This document shows positions 50,235-59,988 of a stretch of DNA of 64,000 bases, in pieces. The first letter of the stretch is position 1. Each line of letters opens with the position of its first letter. Under the pieces are notes generated by a model. It was not told the origin of the DNA, did not search any database, and was given only the letters and a program-made list of their open reading frames with translations. Made by a program: the position numbers and the translations under genes. Origin of the DNA: Microcoleus sp. (GTDB lineage Bacteria > Cyanobacteriota > Cyanobacteriia > Cyanobacteriales > Microcoleaceae); NCBI GenBank assembly GCA_052279835.1, contig CP181291.1, forward strand, positions 1,792,001 to 1,856,000. The letters are read 5' to 3'.

Positions 50235-53200
50235 ATGTCCCAATCCTTAGAACAGAATCACCAAATTAATCCCTTAACCACTGAAGACGATCGCCCTTTG
50301 CTATCCACCAGAGACAGACAATTGCAGGCTGTGTTTGAAACCGTCCTAGATGCGATCGCGATCGCCGACGACGAAGGTAAATATCTCGATGTCAACCCCG
50401 CCGCCTGTAAATTATTTGCCCTAGATAGAGATGAACTCCTGGGACGCTGCATTCGTGATTTTACTGAGCCGGGATCTGATTTTACCCAACTATGGCAACA
50501 ATTTCCACAACCAGAAACAGCACGAGGGGAATTTAGCCTAGTGCGCGCTGATGGACAAATCCGCACAGTAGAATATGCCTTCAGGGCAAACTTTTTGCCC
50601 CAGATCCATCTGTTAGTAATGCGAGACATCACAGATGCCAAACTAGCAGAAGCACAAGTCGAAGAACTTACCCGCCAACTCCCCCAAGAAAGAGCCCAAG
50701 TGCGATCGGCTAGCATGGAGCTCGCCAGCCCAAATGTTCCGCCAGAGTATCATCGCCTAGATGAAATTGCCCGCCACATCCGGGGAGTGTTGTATCAATT
50801 TCGGATGCGTCCCCTGATGGTAGTTTCCATTTCCCCTACGCCAGCGAAAAATTGCGAGAGATTCATGCAGTTTCCCCCAAAGAAGCATCCGAAGATGCCT
50901 CTGGGGTATTTAAAGCAATCCACCCGGATGACATCGATCGCGTCCATCAATCCATTCTCGATTCCGCCACCCATCTGACACCTTGGTATTGCGAATATCG
51001 AACTTGCTTACCCGATGGGCGAGTGCTGTGGTTGCGCGGTAGTTCTACACCCCAGCGAGAAGCTGATGGCAGTATTATTTGGTATGGCTATATTCGAGAT
51101 ATCACTGACATCAAAAGTGCCCAAGCTGATACTCAACGTCTGCTGGCCATTTTAGAAACCACCTCAGATTTAATCGCCACTGCTGATGTCACAGGTAAAG
51201 CCATTTACCTCAATCAAGCTTGGCGAAAATTCCTGAATCACGATGAGGAGGCTATAGCCTCCGTCGAAATTTCTAATGCTCATCCCCAGTGGGTTTTAGA
51301 TCGTATTTTCAATCAAGTTTTACCTGAAACCGCCCGTTGTGGCACTTGGCGGGGCGAGACATTTTTACTAGATCCGGCAGGAGGTGAAATCCCTGTATCT
51401 ATCGTCGTCCTAGCTCATAAATCGAAAGAGGGAACAGTAGAATACTTTTCCGTAATTATGCGGGATATCACAGAGACTAAAGCCACAGAACTAGCACTCC
51501 GAGCCAGTGAAGAAAAATTCCGCAGCATCATTGAAAATCTCAACGATCTGGTTTATGTCATCAATCCCGATAGCACCTTCAGCTATCTCAGTCCCCAATT
51601 AAAAGATATGATGGGATACGAAATAACAGAATTGTTACATCAGCCTTTTGAGCACTTGGTTTATCCAGCAGATTTACCAATTTGTGTCAATGCCCTGCAT
51701 CGCTGTTTGCAAGGTGAGAAACTGCGGGGAATTGAATACCGAGTTTTGCATAAAGATGGCAATTATTACTGGCATTCTGCCAATTTAGCCACCTTGCAAA
51801 ATCACGATGGGCCAGTGGTTTCCTGTTTGGGAATAGCGCGTAATATCCACGCCCAAAAGCAAGTTAAAATCGCTTTAGAAGCAAGCAATAGCCGCTGGGA
51901 ATTAGCCATAGAAGGAGCAGGAGACGGCACTTGGGATTGGAACCTCCAAACGAATGAAGTTATCTTTTCTCGGCAGTGGAAAGCGATGCTGGGCTATGCA
52001 GAACATGAAATTACGAATGTTTTAGCAGAGTGGGATCGGCTGGTGCATCCAGAAGATAAAGCTCGATGCTATGCAGATTTTGCCAAACACTTTGACCGCG
52101 AAACTTCTACCTATCGCAACGAACATCGCCTGCGCTGCAAAGACGGTTCTTACAAGTGGATTTTAGACCGTGGCCAGGTGGTTGAGTGGGATGTTGAAGG
52201 TAAACCTTTGCGGTTTATTGGCACTCATTGTGATATTAGCGATCGCAAAACCGCTGAATTAGAACTGGAACAGTTTTTTAGCCTTGCTATCGATTTGCTC
52301 TGCATTGCCGATGTCAGCGGCCATTTTCGTCGCCTGAATCGCGCTTGGGAAACAGTTCTCGGCTACAGCACTCAAGAACTAGAAGGTCAACTCTTTCTGG
52401 ATTTGGTTCATCCCAACGATCTCGCCTCAACTCTAGATGCAATATCTGATTTGAGCGAACAGAAACCAATTCCCCAGTTCACTAATCGCTATCGCGCCAA
52501 AGATGGTAGTTATCGATATATTGAATGGCGTTCTGTTCCCTGTGGAAATTTGATTTATGCCGCCGCACGGGATATCACAGAGCGCAAACAAGCAGAGTTA
52601 GAAAATTGGCGGGTTCAGAAGTTCCTCAGCTCAGTCATTGAAAATATCCCCAACATGGTATTTGTCAAAGATGCCGTCGATCTTAAATATCTGAGCTTAA
52701 ACAAAGCAGGAGAAGAACTAATCGGTTATCCGAGAACAGCATTACTAGGAAAAAATGACTGCGACTTGTTTACAGCAGCCGCAGCCGATTCGATCCGCTC
52801 CCAAGATCGAGCAGCCTTGGCCAGCGGTCAGGTTTTGGATATTCCTGAAGAATGGATTCAAACGAGTCATCAAGGCACTCGAATTGTGCATACAAGGAAA
52901 ATTCCGATTCTGGATGAACTTGGCAATCCGAAATACTTATTAGGGATTTCTGAAGATATCACCGATCGCCAACAAGCAGAAAATGCTCTACGAGCGAGTG
53001 AAGAAAAACTGCGATCGCTCTTCGACTTATGTCCTCTGGGAATTGCACTCAACGATATGCAAGGTCGTTTCATCGAAGTCAATAGCGCCGCCGAAACCAT
53101 CTATGGCTATACTCTTGAGGAATTGAACCAATTAAGCTATTTGGATTTAACCCCCCAAAAGTATGCCGCTGCTGAAATCCATCAATTAGAATTGCTCAAC

Positions 53201-55495
53201 ACCATCGGTCGTTACGGCCCTTACCAAAAAGAGTATATCCGCAAGGATGGATCTTTGTTGCCCGTGGAATTGCTCGGAGTATTGGTGACAGGTAAGGATG
53301 GGAGTCAATATATCTGGTCAGTAATTATTGATATCAGCGATCGCAAACAAGCCGAAATGCTAATTCAAAAAAGCCAAAAACGTTATGAAACCCTAGCAGA
53401 AGCATCACCAATTGGTGTCTTCTTAACTGATGCCAAAGGCGACTGTCTCTATGTGAATCAAACTTGGTCCCAAACTACGGGATTAACTCAGGAAAAAGCC
53501 CTCGGTCCAGATTGGGTTCGGACTCTCCATCCTCAAGACCGAGAGCGCGTTTTTAAAGAATGGTATGACAGCGCCTTAGTCAAACAAAAATTTCAATCAG
53601 AGTACCGCTTTCTGCGTCCGGATGGTAGTGTCGCTTGGGTGCTAGGTCAAGCTTTACCTCTGATTGATAGTAGGGGTGAAATCGAAGGATATGTGGGCAC
53701 TGTCACTGATATTAGCGATCGCAAACAAGCCGAAATCAAGTTAGCCACATCTGAAGCAGAGTTAACCGCATTATTTAATGCCATGCAGGATGTGATTATT
53801 GTCCTGAATTTAGAAGGACGCTATCTCAAAATAGCTGGTAGTTCATCAAGTCTGTTATACCGACCTTCCCAGGAACTGTTAGGCAAAACTCTTCACGAAG
53901 TCTTACCCCAAAACATCGCAGATACTTTCCTCAATGGTATTCACCAAGCCATCATTACTCAATCCGTCACCCAGTTGGAATATTCCTTACCCCTAGGCGA
54001 TCGTTTATTGTGGTTTGATGCCAGGATTTCTCCCATGTCTCAAGAGCGAGTAGTGTGGGTAGCCAGAGATATCACCGATCGCAAACGTCAAGAACAAGCT
54101 CTCCGCTTAATAGTCGAAGGTACGGCGGCGAAAACAGGGGAAGAATTCTTCAAAAGTTGCGTTCAATATCTCGCTCAAGCCTTAGAAGTCCGTTATGCTT
54201 GTATTTCCGAATTTGTTAACCCGGAAAAATCCATCGCCACAACTCTAGCATTTTGGGCAGGAGACGACTTTGGCCAGAATTTTACCTACAATCTATGTGG
54301 GACACCCTGTCACAATGTCCATCGCATCGCTGAGGTGTGTCGGTACCCAACTCTGGTGCAGTGCTTGTTCCCCGAAGATGATGATTTAGTCACTCTCCAA
54401 GCCGAAAGTTATGCTGGTTTGCCGATTGTAGATGCCGCTGGCAATCGTTTGGGGATATTGGCAGTTTTAGACACTAAACCGATGGTACAAGATCTCGAAA
54501 TGCAGTCAGCTATCTTAAAGATTTTTGCCACCCGTGCCGGTGCGGAAATGGAACGGATGCAGGCGGAAGCAGCCCTGCGTCGATCGTCCATGCAACTGCG
54601 GCAGCAATCAGAAGAATTAGCCGCCACCCTCAACAAGTTGCAACATACCCAAACTCAGTTAATTCAAGCCGAAAAAATGTCAAGTTTGGGGCAATTAGTC
54701 GCCGGAATTGCTCATGAAATTAACAATCCCGTCAGTTTTATTTATGGTAATATTCAACCTGCAACTGATTATGCCAGCGACTTAATTAAGGTGATTCACC
54801 TTTACCAAGAGCAGTATCCTAGTCCACCGGCGGCAATTTCTGATTTTCTAGAAAATATAGACTTTGACTATCTGGCTAGTGATTTTTCTAAGCTCCTGGC
54901 ATCCATGAAAACAGGTGCCACAAGAATTAAAGATATTGTCAAGTCTCTGCGGACTTTTTCGCGCTTGGACGAAGCAGATTTAAAAAAAATAGATCTCCAT
55001 GAAAACATGGATAGTACCTTAATGATTTTGCAAAATCGCTTGAACGGTAGGGCGGGAAAACCGGAAATTTCTATTACCAAGAATTATGGCGCATTACCTT
55101 TAATTGAATGTTATGGTGGTTTATTAAATCAGGTGTTTATGAATTTGTTGATGAATGCTATTGATGCCATCGAACAACGGCAAGAAAATCTCGAAGCTAG
55201 CGCCAAATTAGATTACCTTGGTTGCATTACCATTGCCACTTCTATGGCTTCGGAAAATTGGGTTAGCATCTCTGTTCAGGATAATGGCTGCGGCATGACT
55301 CCCGAAGTTCAAGAAAAAATATTTAATCCATTTTTCACGACGAAACCTATCGGAAAAGGTACGGGGATGGGGTTAGCAAATAGCTATCAAATTGTCACGG
55401 AAAATCATCGTGGTAATTTGCGGTGTATTTCTACACCAGGAGAGGGGACTGAGTTGGCGATCGAGTTACCGATTGGCCAGTTAAAACCCAGATAA
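50235..55495 (+). pseudogene. Multi-PAS (10 PAS)-GAF histidine kinase interrupted by a +2 frameshift at 50811-50814 (pseudogene or sequencing error)
   Basis: ORFs 50235-50978 and 50852-55495 align consecutively to the intact neighbour 55752-59903. Sequence here is CGT CCCCT GAT GGT versus CGC CCT GAT GGT in the paralogue. The downstream part is intact with HEINNP and FNPFFTTK. Confidence 0.85.
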
Positions 55496-55751
55496 ATTTA
55501 GCTGTGCAAAAGCCGACATTTCCAGGTCGGCGAGATGTGTTAAAATTTTCAGGAACTCTACCAAGTTCCTGTTATTTAGTCACAAACGTAAATTTAACAT
55601 ACATTTAACTCGGTAAATCGAGGACTAAGCCTCGCCCAGTCAATTTCCTAGCAGACAACTATATTTTAGCTATATTAATGAGGTTTAAAGCTCCATCCAT
55701 AGCATCCCCTCCCATCGACGGCAGGGGAATATTTCAAAGTTGTTACAATTT

Positions 55752-58700
55752 ATGTCCCCATCCTTCAACGATGACATAGCCCCAAACGATCGCCCTTTGC
55801 TATCCGCCAGAGACAAACAATTGCGAGCTGTGTTTGAAACAGTCCTAGATGCGATCGCGATCGCCGACGACGAAGGTAGATATCTCGATGTCAACCCCGC
55901 CGCCTGTAAATTATTTGGTATAGACACAGATCAACTCCTCGGACGCTGCATAAGTGATTTTACTGAGCCGGGAGCTGATTTGACACAACTATGGCAACAA
56001 TGGCCACAACCAGAAACAGCACGAGGGGAATTGTGCCTAGTGCGCGCTGATGGACAAATCCGCACAGTAGAATATGCCCTCACGGCAAACTTTCTGCCCC
56101 AGAGACATCTGTTAGTAATGCGAGACATCACAGATTGCAAACGAGCAGAAGCACAAGTCCAAGAACTTACCAGCCAACTCGCCCAAGCCCAACTCCGCTT
56201 AGCTGGTATGGAACCAGTAAGTCCAGCTACCCCCGCAGACTATCATCACCTAGAGCAAATAGCCCGCCACATCCCCGGCGTTATTTATCAGTTTCGGCTG
56301 CGCCCTGATGGTACTTCCCATTTCCCCTACGCTAGCGAAAAGTTGCGAGACCTTCATGCAGTTTCCCCACAACAAGTGCGGGAGGATGCCTCTTTGGTGT
56401 TTAGCGCGATCCACCCGGATGACATCGATCGCGTCCATCAATCCATTCTCGATTCCGCCACCCATCTGACACCTTGGTATTGCGAATATCGAACTTGCTT
56501 ACCCGATGGGCGAGTGCTGTGGTTGCTCGGTAATTCTACACCTCAGCCAGAAGCAGATGGCAGTATCATTTGGTATGGCTATATTCGAGATATCACCGCT
56601 CTCAAAAGTGCCGAAGCTGATACTCAACGTCTCCTGGCTATTTTAGAAACCACCTCAGATTTGATCGCCACTGCTGATGTGACAGGTAAAGCCATTTACC
56701 TCAATCAAGCTTGGCGAAAATTTTTGAATCAGGATGATGAGAGTCTAGCCTCCGTGGAAATCTCTACATCTCATCCAGAGTGGGCTAAGGAGATTCTATT
56801 CCATCAAGTCTTACCCGAAGCAGCTCGTTGTGGCACTTGGCGGGGCGAGACGGCTTTACTAGATCCGACAGGAGGTGAAATCCCTGTATCTCTAGTCGTC
56901 CTAGCTCATAAATCTACAGAGGGAACAGTAGAACACTTTTCCGCAATTATGCGGGATATCACAGAAACTAAAGCCACAGAACTAGCACTCCGAACCAGTC
57001 AAGAAAAATTTCGCCGCATCATTGAAAATCTCAACGATCTGGTTTATGTCATCAATCCAGATAGCACTTTCAGCTATCTGAGTCCTAACTTTCAAGAAGT
57101 GATGGGATCTGACATCACAGAATTGTTAGCTCAGCCTTTTGGTCAGTGGATTTACCCAGCAGATTTACCAATTTTTGTTAATGCCGTGCATCGCTGTTTG
57201 CAAGGTGAGAAACTGCGTGGAATTGAATACCGAGTTTTGCATGGAGATAGCAATTATTATTGGTATTCTGCCAATTTATCAGCCATGAAAAATCACCAAG
57301 GAGAAGTAGTTTCTTGTTTGGGAATAGGGCGTTATATCCACGATCTAAAACAAGCAGAGAAGTCCAGACAGGAACTTACGCGACAACTGGAAGAAGCACA
57401 ACAAGTTGCCCAAATTGGAAATTGGTCCTTTGACATAACTACACAAAAAATAACTTGGTCTGACCAATTATTTAGGATTTTTGGTATGAATCCCGAACAG
57501 GGAGAACCAAATTTTGAAGACCATATCAAACAATATTATGGGGAAGATGGAGAATTATTTGTAAGTTATGTTAAGGCAGCCATCGAGCAGGGAATTCCCC
57601 AAAACTTTGACCTGCGGATATGTCGATTAGATGGTGCTATCCGCTATATTAATGGTCGCATTGAAATCGATCGCCAAAATGGAAACATTGTGCGTTTGTT
57701 TGGCACGGCGATGGATATTACCGATCGCAAACTTGCCGAAACTCAACTCAAGGAAATCTCTGAGCGTTTGTCATTTTCACTCCAGTCTGGGGGGATTGGC
57801 TGTTGGGAATGGAACATCATCGACAATACCCTCGTTTGGGACGATCGGATGTACGAGCTCTATGGTGTCACTAAGAACTCCGATTCCCGATTAGCTTACG
57901 AGATTTGGGCCACGGGGCTACATCCTGATGACCGAGAGGCGATCGAAACATTAATCAATCAAGCTGTTTTAGGACAAGCTGAATACAATACAGAATTTCG
58001 TGTGGTTCATCCCGATGGCAGTATCCATTTCATTAAAGCCTTTGGTTTAGTTCGGCACAACGACAAAGGCAATCCGCAGAAGATGATCGGGGTTAACTTT
58101 GATATTAGCGGAGCAAAAAAAGCCGAAATTCAACTCCAACAAAGCCAAAAACGCTATGAAACCCTAGCAGAAGCATCACCCATCGGCGTGTTTTTAACTG
58201 ATGCCAAAGGTGACTGCCTTTATGTGAATCAAACTTGGTCCCAAACTACGGGATTAACTCAGCAAGAAGCTCTAGGCCCAGATTGGGCTCGGACTCTCCA
58301 TCCTCAAGACCGAGAGCGCGTTTTTCAGGAATGGTATGACAGCGCCTTAATTAAACAACAATTTCAATCAGAGTACCGCTTTCTGCGGCCCGATGGTAGT
58401 GTCGCTTGGGTCATCGGTCAAGCTTTACCTGTGATTGACAACGCCGGTGAAATCGAAGGATATGTTGGTACTGTCACTGATATTAGCGATCGCAAACGTC
58501 AAGAACAAGCTCTCCGTTTAATAGTCGAAGGTACGGCGGCGAAAACAGGCCAAGAATTCTTCAAAACTTGCGTTCAATATCTCGCGCAAGTCTTAGAAGT
58601 CCGTTATGCTTTAATTGCTGAATTTATTGATTCCGAAAAATCCATCGCCACAACTCTCGCATTTTGGGCTGGAGACGACTTTGGCGAGAATTTTACTTAC

Positions 58701-59903
58701 AATCTCAACGGAACACCCTGTAAAACTATTAACAGTATGGATGAGGTGTGTCGCTACCCAAATGCCGTGCAATGCTTGTTCCCACAAGATGAGGATTTAG
58801 TCGCTCTCCAAGCCGAAAGTTATGCTGGTTTGCCCATTAAAGATTCCGCTGGCAATTCTTTGGGAGTGCTGGCGGTTTTTGACACCAAGCCGATGCTAAA
58901 AAATCTGGAAATGCAGTCTGCTATCTTGAAAATATTTGCCACTCGTGCGGGCGCAGAAATGGATCGGATACAGGCGGAAGCAGTCCGTCAATCAGAAATT
59001 CAACTGCGGGTGCAATCTGAAGAATTAGAAAAAACCCTCAAAAAGTTGCAAAATACCCAAACCCAGTTAATTCAAGCCGAAAAAATGTCTAGTTTGGGTC
59101 AATTAGTAGCTGGTATTGCTCATGAAATTAATAACCCCGTGAACTTTATCTATGGCAATATTCAACCCGCCACCGATTATGCTAGCGACTTAATTGAGCT
59201 AGTTCGCCTTTACCAAGAGCATTATCCCAGTCCGCCCCAGGTCATTTCTGATTGGATCGTAGAGATCGACCTTGAGTATCTGATCAGCGATTTTTCTAAG
59301 CTGCTGGAATCCATGAAAACAGGAGCCGCGCGCATCAGCGATATTGTGAAGTCTCTGCGGACTTTTTCGCGTTTGGATCAAGCAGATATAAAACCGATCG
59401 ATCTTCGCGAAAATATCGAAAGTACCTTAGTGATTTTACAAAATCGCTTGAATGGTAGGCAGGGAAAACCCAAAATTTGTATCACCAATAATTATGGGAA
59501 ATTACCCAAGATTGAATGTTATGGTGGTTTATTAAATCAGGTATTTATGAATTTGTTGGTCAATGCTATTGATGCGATCGAAGAACGGCAAGATAGCCTG
59601 GAACCTATGGCACAGTTAGATTATGTGGGTCAAATTGCGATCGCGACTTCGATCTCTTCTGAAAATATGGCACTCATCTCTATTCAAGATAATGGTTGTG
59701 GGATGACTCCCCAAGTTCAAGAAAAAATATTTAATCCATTTTTTACGACGAAACCTGTCGGAAAAGGTACGGGGATGGGCTTAGCAACTAGCTATCAAAT
59801 TGTGACGGAAAATCATCGGGGTAATTTGCGGTGTATTTCTCTACCAGGAGAGGGGACTGAGTTTGTGATATCCTTACCAATTGGCAAGTTAAAAATGCGG
59901 TAA
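55752..59903 (+). CDS. Multi-PAS (7 PAS)-GAF histidine kinase
   Basis: Repeated PAS/PAC units ending RDIT/DIS..K; GAF LIVEGTAAKTG...IFATRAGAE; HEINNP, NAIDA, DNGCG, GTGMG. ATG at 55752 preferred. Confidence 0.92.
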   Translation: MSPSFNDDIAPNDRPLLSARDKQLRAVFETVLDAIAIADDEGRYLDVNPAACKLFGIDTDQLLGRCISDFTEPGADLTQLWQQWPQPETARGELCLVRADGQIRTVEYALTANFLPQRHLLVMRDITDCKRAEAQVQELTSQLAQAQLRLAGMEPVSPATPADYHHLEQIARHIPGVIYQFRLRPDGTSHFPYASEKLRDLHAVSPQQVREDASLVFSAIHPDDIDRVHQSILDSATHLTPWYCEYRTCLPDGRVLWLLGNSTPQPEADGSIIWYGYIRDITALKSAEADTQRLLAILETTSDLIATADVTGKAIYLNQAWRKFLNQDDESLASVEISTSHPEWAKEILFHQVLPEAARCGTWRGETALLDPTGGEIPVSLVVLAHKSTEGTVEHFSAIMRDITETKATELALRTSQEKFRRIIENLNDLVYVINPDSTFSYLSPNFQEVMGSDITELLAQPFGQWIYPADLPIFVNAVHRCLQGEKLRGIEYRVLHGDSNYYWYSANLSAMKNHQGEVVSCLGIGRYIHDLKQAEKSRQELTRQLEEAQQVAQIGNWSFDITTQKITWSDQLFRIFGMNPEQGEPNFEDHIKQYYGEDGELFVSYVKAAIEQGIPQNFDLRICRLDGAIRYINGRIEIDRQNGNIVRLFGTAMDITDRKLAETQLKEISERLSFSLQSGGIGCWEWNIIDNTLVWDDRMYELYGVTKNSDSRLAYEIWATGLHPDDREAIETLINQAVLGQAEYNTEFRVVHPDGSIHFIKAFGLVRHNDKGNPQKMIGVNFDISGAKKAEIQLQQSQKRYETLAEASPIGVFLTDAKGDCLYVNQTWSQTTGLTQQEALGPDWARTLHPQDRERVFQEWYDSALIKQQFQSEYRFLRPDGSVAWVIGQALPVIDNAGEIEGYVGTVTDISDRKRQEQALRLIVEGTAAKTGQEFFKTCVQYLAQVLEVRYALIAEFIDSEKSIATTLAFWAGDDFGENFTYNLNGTPCKTINSMDEVCRYPNAVQCLFPQDEDLVALQAESYAGLPIKDSAGNSLGVLAVFDTKPMLKNLEMQSAILKIFATRAGAEMDRIQAEAVRQSEIQLRVQSEELEKTLKKLQNTQTQLIQAEKMSSLGQLVAGIAHEINNPVNFIYGNIQPATDYASDLIELVRLYQEHYPSPPQVISDWIVEIDLEYLISDFSKLLESMKTGAARISDIVKSLRTFSRLDQADIKPIDLRENIESTLVILQNRLNGRQGKPKICITNNYGKLPKIECYGGLLNQVFMNLLVNAIDAIEERQDSLEPMAQLDYVGQIAIATSISSENMALISIQDNGCGMTPQVQEKIFNPFFTTKPVGKGTGMGLATSYQIVTENHRGNLRCISLPGEGTEFVISLPIGKLKMR

Positions 59904-59988
59904 ATCTGGGTCTCCCAAAACGGGGTTGTTGATACAAAATCTTCCAATTTTTTACAAACTAAAACCTAGAATAATACGGAGGCGATTT

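Noticed and set aside
50805..50820. Programmed -1 ribosomal frameshift
   Set aside because: No X XXY YYZ slippery heptamer at the site, and the paralogue is uninterrupted.
55512..55531. Intrinsic terminator GCCGAC-N8-GTCGGC
   Set aside because: Only a 6-bp stem with no adjacent U-tract; insufficient support.
50235..59903. LOV blue-light domains among the PAS repeats
   Set aside because: No GxNCRFLQ motif in any PAS module.
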